Assembly (NCBI GenBank): GCA_051294905.1
Contig: CM119372.1
Coordinates: forward strand, 38,194,001-38,258,000
From: Botryllus schlosseri
Taxonomy: Eukaryota
Direction of reading: 5' to 3'
Length of the DNA stretch: 64,000 bases
The notes under the pieces are model-generated. The model saw nothing but the letters and a program-made list of their open reading frames with translations. It did no database searches and had not been told where the DNA came from. Positions 37,647 to 49,552 of the stretch are shown here, piece after piece (the first letter of the stretch is position 1; each line of letters opens with the position of its first letter). The position numbers and the translations under genes were made by a program.

Positions 37647-38776
37647 TTCTAGATATATTTGAATCGCAAAGCTCGAAAAACATTTACAGGAATTAATTAA
37701 ATTCTCGAAAATGCTCTATAATATATGTTTGTTTACAAAATAGTTTTGGGTCCCCTTCAAGCACGCTCCCCACTCTATTAAGGAATTTGGGGCGCGGCAG
37801 GTAAAGACCTGGCAATAATGCAAATCGTTGGATGCGATAAATCATCCACTATAAAGTTGGGCAATCGATATATTATGCCGTAATAAGCAAATGACGCATG
37901 ATGAAGAAAGTTGATATCTCATTAAGCCTTTTCATCGCAATCCTTGTATTTTCTTCCCATATATCATTTAAGATTATAGTCCTAAGCAAAACAAATGTAA
38001 TCGTGAGTAATCGTGATTACTTTTTCAATGTAATCGTAATCGTAATCGACTACTTCCTGAATTTGCTGTAATCGTAATCGTAATCGTAATCGCGTGATTC
38101 CGAAGTAATCGTAATCGCAATCGATTACATTCATAAAGTAATCACCCCATGTCTGATGTCAATCCTATTTCAATTCAGACTATGTCAAAGTCGAGATATT
38201 TCATTTTGGATTATCTGAATTTACCTTTAGTACATCCTGCGAATGGATTCCGACACCGCACTATAACATTTTTGATAATAAGGACTCAAGGATTTTCAAT
38301 CCACAATACCTGAATTTTTTGGTGATGCTAGAGTTGGCAAATGATGAGTTGTGTGTTTTTGTTAAGCGTTTGATTTCATGTTGATAAAGACAATAACTGT
38401 ATAATGCACATACTTGTGATTCTTGATTCTTGTAGAGTTATAGTTGGTATTGATTCTATAGCTGTGAAAACGACGGCGCGGAATGTGTGAATAATCCGAC
38501 GCGGCTGAATGTTGGCGTCAGTAATATTCAGGTTACGGCCGAATCAAAAGATCGCGTTAAAAAGATTACTCAAAATAATTAGAATTGTACCGAATTAACA
38601 CATTCAGATACGAATCAACTTGAGCTGTGTAGTAAGTTTCATTTCAAGTTGACAAATTGACACACTGATTAAAATTTTCATGATTTGTATCACGCAAAGT
38701 CAACGACTGTTCCGAAGTGTCAAAACATATAGCGATCGCGTGCAAGTGTCAAATTGTTGGTTTTCGAATCACGGTC

Positions 38777-40758
38777 CAGGCATCTGTGACAGACCTGTAA
38801 GTGTTTGGAGGTATCGAGCGTGCTTGTTTGAAAGGAGGCACAACATGGTGTGTTTCTCGAGAGCAGAAGCGGTTCAGCGATTGGAAGTCAACAACTCTCC
38901 TCGGGCTGCCATCTGCCTTGCGGACCCATATGGCCCTATGACACCAGGTCGTTGGCGTGTTCGGCTCCACTTTTTCAATCACCCCTAATTTTACGTCCGC
39001 CTCCAACTGCTTCTCAATTTCCTCTTTCCAATGAAGTGGAATGGGGGCCGGTGTGTGGACTGCAGTCGGTGTCGCTGACGGATCGATATGAATGGAAATA
39101 GGCGGCCCAGTCATGGTTGGTAGTGGGCTGTGTTTGCACTTGTTGAATGTGGATGATGCATACCTCTCAATTAACCACTGCTTCATTTTATCAACATTCT
39201 CCGCACAAGGCTGGAATGGCAGCTGCTGGGGGCGTGGAGGAGGCGTGGACCTCCGTGGGCAGCTACATGTTTGATGCGGGTTACCCTCAAGGGTTGACTC
39301 TCGTGTCGCGTGGAGTGCCGCTGCCCCAATTTGAGGAAAATCAGGCCCAGTGATGCCCAACTTCTGCATGGCATCTCGACTAAGGTAGAAGAGTTTCGTA
39401 GAATCCGTAATGTATACCATCTCAGCGGTTTCTATGACATCGCCAGACACTGCTGCACCCGAAAGTCGCAGAAACACAGCGCCCAAGATGTGGATACACT
39501 CATCATTAGCTGCAACCATGCGTTTCTTCACCGGGATGAGATGCTGGTCTTGGAAGCCGCATGCTCGAAACAGTTTCAATCCCATCAAGGATGATTGTGC
39601 ACCAGTGTCCGATATCGCCTTTATCTTCTTGGGCGATATTTTGGGACGCTGGATATTGAACTGAGCATAATCGGCTTGCCGGGTGGAGACCAAAAGATCA
39701 ATGGTCGGTTGTGCCTTGCAGTCTTTCAGCAACCAGCCGTATGTGCCATCGAATATGTGGTGGTCCAATATGACTTCCGAAGCATGAGACTCGACAGTGT
39801 TATTGGTACGGTTCGATACTGAAGCGATATCGATACCAGAAGCAGTGCCAGTACTAGGAGACGGCGTCTCCGATTGTTTGCTTTTTCGCCAGCAGGCTAG
39901 ACATTGTTTAAACTCGCGCGACCTCGGCTTACCAAACTTCCCATGCAAGAATTTATACTTCTTCATGACACTGCCACATTTGCTACATTTGACGACTTGG
40001 GAGAGATCGGGCGAAGGCGTGCCAGTTGACTTGCTGGCTGCGACACTAGAGTCATGCTGATTTCTCAACTGGGAGGAGGTGGCACGGAGCGCCAGTTCCT
40101 TGTTTTCAATAATCTGGACGGTTTCGTCTAGCGATTTTGCATCGATATTCGCAACACCAAGGACTTGCCGCCGAATCTCATCATCAGCCAGGCCAGCGAT
40201 GACAATATGCTTAACAATTCTATCAGAAAAGTCGTTGACTTGGGTGCAGTCATGCTTGGTACAAGTCATTTGGAATGAGCAAATTCTTGCAGACGATTTA
40301 ACTGCGGCCAGAAATGCACTAAAGGATTGCCCTTGATCCTGCTGGGCCGAAAATAGAGCAACGGTGCGCATGCTTGTGGCGATTTTGACAACTGCTAGAG
40401 ATTCGATAGCTTTCAGCATATCACCTTCACTGACCTGATTGAAGTCACCGACTTGTTTGAAGAGGTCGTTCGATAAAGTTATCTCACAGCATTGCCAAAG
40501 GTGGCTCTTGATTAGATCGTCGGGCATCTCGGTCCCTTTTTTAAAATCGTCCCATTTTCTGAGGAAGATTTGCCATTCCTCGGCAGTGGAGCCACGCGAA
40601 ATGACGGGTCGTTCCATGGCAGGGGGTCTCGAACGCGAGACAGGACGACCTGCTGTGTGGATTAGACCGTGGATCGCTAGCTGTGCGGCGGCGCCGGCCA
40701 CGTCTTCGGTTTCTGTCTCATACTCGCAGTCTTGGATTGGGCAAGAAAGCTTCGGCAT
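38777..40758 (-). pseudogene. Ty3/Gypsy LTR retrotransposon gag-pol, 3'-truncated within RT
   Basis: Gag (EEWQIFLRKWDDF), aspartic protease (AISDTGAQSSL) and RT N-terminus (WCHRAIWVRKADGSPRRVVDFQSLN...DAW). The ORF is cut before the YxDD motif; the last residues TVIRKPTI derive from the element 2 arm. Confidence 0.9.
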
Positions 40759-40783
40759 TTTTAATCCGTATTAAGTTTGATCA

Positions 40784-41024
40784 TGTGCAACTTTGCATTT
40801 ATTCATAGGTTAAATACCGTAATAAATGATCAAACTGAAATACAAAATAACAGTTGCATCGACTAGCCTAATCCCTATTGCTCCAACAACTCACAAGACG
40901 TGGGTGCCAATACATACATGCACGCACGTCGCACAATCACAACAACAAGAAGACGAGATCGCTCATGCGTTTAGGGAAACTATCAGAGAGAGAGAGAGAG
41001 ATAGTAGTAAGAGATAATCACACA
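40784..41024 (-). mobile_element. Putative 5' LTR of the Gypsy element
   Basis: On the minus strand it runs TG...AATAAA...CA just upstream of the gag ATG and contains a (CT)n tract. There is no second copy to confirm it. Confidence 0.45.
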
Positions 41025-41047
41025 GCAATAGTTTCACTCTCGCTTAC

Positions 41048-41218
41048 CTCTGTATGAACTCCAGAGTAGCTATGAGTTGTAGTGGGTATTCCATGTTGAA
41101 GACGTAGTATGCGGCAAACAGATAACTTAATGCAACGCAGAAGCTGTCGGTGGAAAATATTGCGGTTCTTTCTGAAGTGACCACAAATTCTTTTGGCAAA
41201 GTGTACACACCCCCGGGG
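41048..41218 (-). CDS. Exon of a SAMD3-like / CACTA(EnSpm)-associated protein
   Basis: Bounded by TTTTAG and GTAAGC. Translates PGGVYTLPKEFVVTSERTAIFSTDSFCVALSYLFAAYYVFNMEYPLQLIATLEFIQ; LFxxYYVFNxxYP...TLEFIQ is recalled from this family. Probable upstream small exon at 41698-41753. Confidence 0.65.
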
Positions 41219-41959
41219 CTAAAATGAATAGAATTGAGAGTGGTTAGTATAGACCAGGGGTCGCCAACTCAAAACGGGTCTCGGGCCACTTTTCGAATTT
41301 CGTAGCGGCCGTGGGCCGCATGAATTCAATATCGATATAGGCTAGGCAACCACGTTTTAAAACTCTACGTCAGTACTGCACTGTGCTACCTAACAGGCAA
41401 TGGTCATAGTGACCACAAAAGAAGTAATATTCTATTAAAAGGAATGCAAATACAACAAAAAATCATTGTCGTAAATTTCATTTTAATTTGAACTCTGAGC
41501 TGCATGTGCACAATACCTGGAAACACATTTCAGCGACTGAGGAATCGATACTGGGGCTAGCGAGATCATTACTAGCTGAAAGACCATCTCCGCGTAAAGC
41601 TAGGGTCAGTATTCTCATTAATGGTATGCGTGCCAGTCATTTAGAACCCAAAACACAAATGTGCAACTAGAACTAGATTGATCTGTTGCAAACTTACCGA
41701 CTACAATCAAAAATGGATGGTTCGGCACGTCTGGGTCTTGGACGGGATCTCCCCTGGATATAGGTACGACCGCCGGTTTTGTTATGTGCATTACACCTGC
41801 AGGTTTAGGGATATTGAATAAGATCGCGAATACGTATTTTGATCCCTAAAATCTGCAGAAGTGGTCAGGTTATTACTGGTTCTACCTGTTTTATTTTCAT
41901 TGTCCCATCACCAATAAGCTAGGCCGGCGTATCTATAGTCATATTGTATCCTCTCATGT

Positions 41960-42278
41960 CAGTGTTGGGATGACTTGAGTCATGACTTGACTCGTGTCTT
42001 GCAAGACTTGATTTGACTCGAGTACCTTTGCAACAATGACTTGAATTAACTCAACGTCTTCGAAATATGTATCGACTCGTGACCCGCAGCAACATTTATG
42101 AGCCAATTTCAAGTCATCATGTAGTCGTATCGACAAAAATTGCTGTTTCTTGCATTCGAGTGACTTAACTTGACTCGAGTTACCTATAAAAATCGATTGA
42201 CTTTACTTTACTCGAGTAAAATGTGCAATGACTCGAGAGTAGTTGTGACTCGAAGGTGGTGACTGGTTCCCAACACTC
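41960..42278. mobile_element. hAT MITE with GACTC/GAGTC subterminal motifs
   Basis: TIR CAGTGTTGGGA / TCCCAACACT; same family as 59558-60329. Confidence 0.75.
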
Positions 42279-42525
42279 GCTCCTGTTTTAGAGACTGAAG
42301 ACATACATGGCAGATAAGTCACCTGAATATGGTAGGCTATCGTATGGAATGGTAGAAGGGATAGCGAGTATATCAGCTAGAACAGGCTTAGAATGTCGAT
42401 CCGAAGTAAACGGAATATAGGGAGGCCGCGTTAGAGACATTTCGATGTCGTGAAAGGGGATGCGACAATTGTTGCAGTAAGCCGAAGACACTATAGACAC
42501 TATAACAAGGAGCTTACGCAGGCAT

Positions 42526-45118
42526 CAGTGATGAGCATCGGAGCGGAGTCGGAGTGTATCCGGAGCGGAGTTTTGCCAATTTTGTGATACTCGGAGTGGA
42601 CCCGGAGTTTACTACAGATATTTTTCTGGAGTTTACCGGAGTGTTGTAAGTTTTGCCCCCGGTATCTTTCGATAGCTCTGACCAGAAGACACTATTGATT
42701 ACAAACCAAAACACAGACAGTTGACACGTCTTGTAAAGTTGTAATATGACGGGTAACATGCAAAAATGATTGCCCAGTGCATAGCAATCAGCCATCTGCA
42801 CTGTAATTGGGGACTGGAGAGTAACATAGTGATCTAGCAAGGCATTTTCGTTGAGCAGTGTCTGTAGTTCACAAAATTAAAGGCGCCCAATATCATCCGC
42901 AGTGCATCATTTGCTCCCTGCCTTGAGATGCAGTCTTTGAATCCACAGCTGAATGTCACCATATCATGAGATAAGATCTCCAGAATCTTCAATGTTGCTG
43001 TCATTGCAGTCTTCTATAGTCACATTCCTCCTTGCGTATTTGTTTCGTGACTGATTTTCATGCTACCCGATTAATTGTGCGAAACATTTACAATCAGCAA
43101 CATACAACGGGGCTTCGGCTTCCCAATGGTACATTCTTTAGCTACCCTGATTCTTCCAGCAAGTTCATGATCATAACGGAATATATCCCATTATCCTGAT
43201 GACATTCAACGTAGTAATAGGTCCATTTTGTGAAAATGTATTCGCAACGTTGGTATCAGTTGAAACGAGATAATATGCGATACCACTTTTGTGAGAACTT
43301 TTCGCAACTTTCATCGTACTTTGCTACTTTACTACTCTGCAGTGAGAGATATCGATAATAAGTGTTACATCAATATTATATAGAAATATACGTACAACAA
43401 GCAAGTTTCTGGATTGAAACAATAATAACTTATACAATGTGTCATAATGATTGAATGACGTTGCGACGAATTTTCGCTAGTAAGATCCGCTTACAGGGGC
43501 ATACCAGCATCTAAGCCCGCTTCAAATATTTCAACAATACATAAATCACTAAGGTAAGCTGATCTTACCCAGTAAAAACAAAATATTCCGAATTTCTGAA
43601 CAGCCACACTAAATAACTACAACTGTCTGCTTTGCTCTGCTCGCAACTAGCATCAACTACGCTTCCTTCAATATTGACAGACGTAACCAGTCATCCAGAA
43701 CTCTTCTGAATTTGCGTCATGTAATGTTTGTTTTTATTGAGAAATGACTTTGATGTGATAAGAAAAATCAGCACCGCAAACAAGTTTCTGCTGCTGGTCT
43801 GTCTCAAACTCCAAATTCCAGATATCATGTAGCAGCTTTAAAATTGGAAGTCATAGTCATTTAGTCAACTCCAAGGAGCGGTGATCGGTGCGTCAGTGAT
43901 GCATCAAGTCTGTTTAGTGCAGCTCCATCAACTGTTTCATGGCGATGCGGAACTTAATTTACTGAAACCTGTGATGTGATCGTCGATGTAAGTGGTAGTT
44001 AGTTCGGACTGACTGGTTTTCCTCCGTCGTGGTCAAGTGGGTTACCCACAAAGAGGCAGAAAAAGAGTGACGTGTGGAAGGATTTCACTCTGATGCATGA
44101 TAATAATGGCCAGTATACTGGGTTTGCGAGATATCAAAATTGCAATGTTTACAAAAGTTGACAAGTGGTACGTCGCATCTTCGAAGACATGTCGAAGCGT
44201 GTAAGAAGAATGGATCGCAGTTGAAGATAAGTTCCTTTCTTTCTTCCAACAAAAAAGTAAGCGAGAAATCAAAGGAGAAGTGGCGTGGTGTTGTCTCCTT
44301 TGTATCCCATGATATCAGACCACTGAGCTCTGTTGAGGGGAAGGACCTCAAGCAGATGGCTGATGCCTTGATCGAAATTGGGGCAATGCATGGCAAAGTG
44401 AGTGCAGACGACGTTTTGCCATTCAGATTTACAGTGAAACCTAAGTTGGATGAGGAGGCTTCATCTTTGAAGCAGAAGCTGTCAGAGGAACTAAGAGTTG
44501 CTATCATTGGGATTCTTCGATTCTTCTTCTGGGTTTGCGAGATATCAAAATTGCAATGTTTACAAAAGTTGACAAGTGGTACGTCGCATCTTTGAAGACA
44601 TGTAGAAGCGTGTAAGAAGAATGGATCGCAGTTGAAGATAAGTTCCTTTCTTTCTTCCAACAAAAAAGTAAGCGAGAAATCAAAGGAGAAGTGGCGTGGT
44701 GTTGTCTCCTTTGTTTCCCATGATATCAGACCACTGAGCTCTGTTGAGGAGAAGGACCTCAAGCAGATGGCTGATGCCTTGATCGAAATTGGGGCAATGC
44801 ATGACAAAGTGAGTGCAGACGACGTTTTGCCATCCAGATTTACGGTGAAACCTAAGTTGGATGAGGAGGCTTCATCTTTGAAGCAGAAGCTGTCAGATGA
44901 ACTAAGAGTTGCTATCAAGAGTTGCTATCATTGGGATTCTTCGACAAGGTTTTGAATAGCTACCTCTACCGTTATGGATGTTTCGGAGACTGGACAAGAT
45001 TCTTCGGGTTATCTCGGAGTCTGGGATTGAGCTGCCCGGAGTCGGAGGGACTTTGCCTCACAGACCAAAGTTGTCGGAGGGACTCGGAGTCTGGAAAAGC
45101 AGACTCCGCTCATCACTG
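42526..45118 (+). mobile_element. Internally deleted hAT transposon
   Basis: TIR CAGTGATGAGC / GCTCATCACTG; perfect TSD GCAGGCAT; CGGAGT subterminal repeats; contains a transposase fragment. Confidence 0.92.
44040..44930 (+). pseudogene. hAT (Hermes/hobo-like) transposase N-terminal fragment, tandemly duplicated (411-bp period)
   Basis: KSDVWKDF and TSGTSHLRRH (BED finger remnant); DIRPLSSVEG...LIEIGAMHG...DVLP (Hermes-type DNA-binding domain). Copies start at 44119 and 44530; the second has a stop codon. Confidence 0.85.
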
Positions 45119-47971
45119 GCAGGCATGTATGACACTTGCACCGCATAAAAGGAATCGAACTTAATTCATTTTATACTGCGGCCACGTGGATTGGTTATAT
45201 ATCTCTTTAAATTCATTTTACATTTATGCGTGCGAAAGTTACCAGCAACAGCACACTGTCCACGTCATCAGAATACACAAACCGATAAAGACGACAATAC
45301 CAGCAGCACCGCGAGACCAGTTTTTAATGTAGTTGTATTGACTGGAGTATGGCGCTGAAAACGAAATACTGATCACGCATACCGTCCGTAAAATGCAACT
45401 AGTGAGTACTGACACATGTATTGCCGAATCTCATACCCCTCCATGTTCGAGTTGATAAAAAGCATCATACGTGTGCTAGGACACATTATGCCAGTACTTA
45501 GTCCTATATAGGGCCAGATTGAGATAAATCAAGGTCTTTTATTCTAATAACAATCACGGCGCCCAACTGTAAGCTATTCAATGCTCAATGTTAAAGTACG
45601 AAGTTGCTTGCTTATGCTTAAGTAGCATTATGACAGTAATAAAGGGGAAAGGGGCGCACCTGACGATGATTCCAGTTCTCAAATTTGACTATGGTCAGAG
45701 CGGAGTGCCGGTAGGGTATTTCTAGTCTATTTGTGAAATGTTTTTGTGCTATAATTTTACTTCTAATCTAATTTCTGATTTACCTGTAAATGCTACAGAA
45801 GAACTGTATATTGCGAAATGAGCCAAGCTTGCTGTACTAATATTTGCTATTTTCATACTTATCAGAATAAACTATGATTTAATGTAAGCTGAACTTGATT
45901 CAATGTCCAAGTTTTTGCGAGCTCAGTAATTGTAGTTTTTGTTTTCATTTGGAAAAATTGTACAGTTTTAATTCTAATTCTAATCCAACTTGGAAATAAA
46001 CTTAGTAGCTATACTTCTAATTCTACTATAATTTGCAAAAACGGTGAAGCTAGAATTAAAATTCTAATCTAATAGTGTAGGGCTGATTTTCTGGTGGCCC
46101 AAGTCTGGAAGGCGGTAATATTCAATCTAGTCGAGATTCTGGAAGCACTACGACAATTTCGGTATACATGGAAGAGTGATTTATACATACCGCAATGCAA
46201 TTTTATCAACGTACACGGAGTGATTCGAAGGCGCATCCCAGTCAACAAAAGTGTGTATATTCAATACCGAACCAGGCAAAGATAGTACAGGAGAGAAGTG
46301 AAGGCGTCCGTTTTGACACTATAGTGAGGCGGCACCTTTGATGTTTTCGCGAAACTGACCATCACTTTTCAAATTCATACCGTGACCTCACCGAGACTCG
46401 AATCTGGTCTGTTCCAGTTTAAAAGTGGGCGGAGTATAGCCCTCTACCGTTTCCGCCATCGATCGGCACCCCATGACATGTCTAGTTTTTTTTATAGGAC
46501 TAAATAAACAAAACTTTTCTCTAAAAAATCTCTCTCTCTATCTCATTTTCCAATGCATTCCCCCAGGATGGCGTCAGAGAGTTAAAAATGATGATTCAGT
46601 GCGTAGCCGCCGTTGCCAGGTTTCGAACAAGCCGTCAACCATGGCCGTTAACCGAACGGCTCTCCAGATATCGGAAAACCCAAAATACATGAAAAATTTA
46701 CATATGGGCGTGGTCAGTGAGTGGTCATAATGGTCAAGTTCAAGATAAATACCAAATCGGACCCCTAACGTCCAGTTTATTGCCTGAAACAACGCAGAAT
46801 ACTTTCTCTTGTCATACCCAACCATTTGCATCCATAGTAAACCAGTTTATGCCTCATATTCCGTCACAAACTTGGACTTGAAGTTGAATATGTTCTTGAA
46901 AATCACCGAAGCGTGACCACAATTACCAAACCCCCTCAGAAAACATCCCACAACAAGGTTTGATGTTTGAAACGGTGAAAAATTACACAGAATACCGTAC
47001 AAGTCCACTTCCGATGTTCTGGCAGAATTGCTGACTATATTCTCCACTCGGAAAATATCTGGAAATTTTGCGTGATAACCACTTTTTTATGCATGCGTAT
47101 TTTCCGCCGAACACCTCATGTAAGATCGTCGGTACGCGAAAATTGACATGTCTTATACCTTCGAATTAGGTATCATATAAATCAGAAGATTGCTAGCTTT
47201 TCGTACAGTCCAATATGAGGCCTCTAGGACGTATACGAGCCAAGATATGACCAGATGAAGTTGACCGAAGCCACCAGAGGCCCCAGATTTCAAAAGGGTT
47301 AAAAGATCGATAATAATTATTCTTCTTTTCATCGGTCGGCCGGCCAGATTGGTGTCAGCGGTAATTAACCAATCAAACTGCGCATGATTATCACGCGGCT
47401 TCACCATGACGTTTCTTCTGCCTAGTTTTGCCAGGTCCGTGAGCACTTGAGGGTGGAGTGATTGTGATGTCATAAGTCATGGGATGTTGATAACCGCTTC
47501 GCACTTAAAGTTTGAATTATATGCCGTCCGAACCGGGTAATTGTATTTTCGAGACTGTAGCTTTGGAAGGGAATATGAATGAAGTTCGTCGTTGAGACAA
47601 GTTGAGCAAGAGATAGTTCGGGCTGTTATTGAAACTTTTTACATGCTTGCTTAGATGAGTATTGGTAGTCAAATGTTGTTTTGAATAGCAGTTGGGTAGC
47701 ATTAATTTCTTGTTTACGTTAGGCTTCTAAAATAGGACTGGATATAAATGCTGACTTTGACTTTTCCGTGGCCTGAAATTTCAGGTTGGCGACAGTAGTC
47801 AACAGCGTGATACTTGTCAAGCATAATTAATGCTCTAAACGTAATGCGTACTACCGGTCCGTTGATATTTTAATGTTAAACCGCGGAAGAGTGTCGTTAC
47901 CCCTCACGAAGTCTTGAAGTGTTGCGGTTATGACTTTGACATCATTTGTTAGTACATTCATTAATGTAGGC

Positions 47972-49552
47972 CAGGGGTCGGCAACCTTTTGCTAGTCGCG
48001 GGCCAAATTTCAGGTGTACAACTTTTTGGCGGGCCGGAATTTTTCTTAGTACTATATTTTACGCTCACTTCGGTATATTATCCTACATTGCTGCAATCTC
48101 AATCATACCTATCAGAAGACACATGTATTTACACTTCAAGAACACAGAATAAATGTGACAATTGACGCAGCTTGCTTTGTGAACGGTTTTCAACTTCTGG
48201 TAACAAGTTAGATGAAACAGGAATCAGACTATATTCAAAATGGACGTCCGAAATACGTGATCTTAGCTTGCTCTTCATGAATTTCATTGTTCAAAACTAT
48301 TGTTCACGTGCGTACGTGCTTCCAAAAATCGATGCAATTTCTTTTGCATTGTTGGTCAAGCTGGGATAAAGACCAATTTCATGAACGTACTCTTTGTCAA
48401 AGTCATGCAGCGATATGCTCTTTGTAGGAAAGTAGTCATTCAATTAAACTGCATCGCATTTCAGAAAGGCCCATTTGAAATTTTCAGGTAATGGTATTGA
48501 TGTCCACATTAAACGGAGTACTGAATAGTCAGAAGTCATTTTGTAGAGAAGGAATGTCGGAAAAGCGGGCGAATATTCAGTAGTATCACAGTTACAAATG
48601 TAGTGTTGGTACTAGGTTTTCTATCCTCCAGTATAGGAAAGTGAGCATAATTTTCTTTGTACTGTTGACATTTCCAGAGTCACAGATTTGCTTTGAATGC
48701 GCCTCAACATCTCATGTATTTAGTTGTTTTCCCCCTGAAGCTGCAAATTCAATTTGTTCAGATGTGACGTACGTTAAATGAACCAGGAAAGCAAGATGAG
48801 ATACCCATTTTCGATTACAAGATTAGGAGTCGGCGATATTTGTGTTTTTGAGGAAAGTTGCTATTTCATTTCTCAGTTCATACAGTCGTGTAAGCATAGC
48901 TGCTCGACTTAATGCACGAACATGGCAGATATAGACCTACATGACATCGCCATATTGATTCTCTGCATCTAGTAATATCTGGCGTAACTGATTCAGTTAA
49001 AGAGACTAAAATCATATTAACAGTTTTCACCATTGTGGCCAAAACACTAATCAGGTTTGTTGTCTTGGCACACAAACACAATGCCTTCTGGAAAATTAAA
49101 CCATAGATAGGCTAACTAACATACGGAGGCTAGTTATCTCTAATTGAACAGTTTGAGATTCCGTCATTGCGTCTCAGATGTTCCAAGCGTTTTTGAAGCA
49201 AAGGAAGGACACCTTTACTGTCACACCCCATTAGAGTGGTAAACCCTTTAAAAAAGTATGGAACACCTTCGGTTGCGAGATACACCCGATTGATAAGCAC
49301 TGATCCAGTCTAGTCTATCTACATCTCCTACTTCAACCACCTTCGTTTTATGGCGTAACAATAGACTAATACGATGTAGGCTACTATTATATCGTTGCAA
49401 TGCATTTTTTCATGCAGTGCTGCACTGCAGATTGAAACTCAATATGAAACGGCGGGCCGTATTCTTGTGATAACTAATTATTATGTCGCGGGCCGGACGA
49501 TTTTGCTTGGCGGGCCGGATCCGGCCCGCGGGCCGTAGGTTGCCGACCCTTG
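47972..49552 (-). mobile_element. hAT Charlie/Buster element with a decayed transposase
   Basis: TIR CAGGGGTCGGCAACC / GGTTGCCGACCCTTG; perfect TSD ATGTAGGC. The minus strand near 48150-48370 reads YPSLTNNAKEIASIFGSTYAREQ*F*TMKFMKSKLRSRISDVHF...QLSH, a Buster/GTF2IRD2-type C-terminus. Confidence 0.9.

Larger units (their letters stand above)
32331..38155. mobile_element. Non-autonomous hAT element (5.8 kb) inserted in the element 2 right arm
   Basis: TIR CAGACATGGGGT / ACCCCATGTCTG. Perfect TSD ATGTCAAT at 32323-32330 and 38156-38163. GTAATC/GATTAC subterminal repeats. The empty site is visible in the left arm near 25576-25583. Confidence 0.93.
23127..38776. mobile_element. Giant fold-back element 2, same family; right terminus lost
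   Basis: Starts AGTAGTATAGTAGATCG, followed by the 123-bp and then the 32-bp repeats. Left arm 24963-27707 is the reverse complement of 30199-32330 plus 38164-38776 (2745 bp each, near-identical). Loop 27708-30198 is homologous to element 1 interior. Confidence 0.7.

Noticed and set aside
44085..44918. 277-aa minus-strand ORF
   Set aside because: Antisense shadow of the duplicated transposase fragment.
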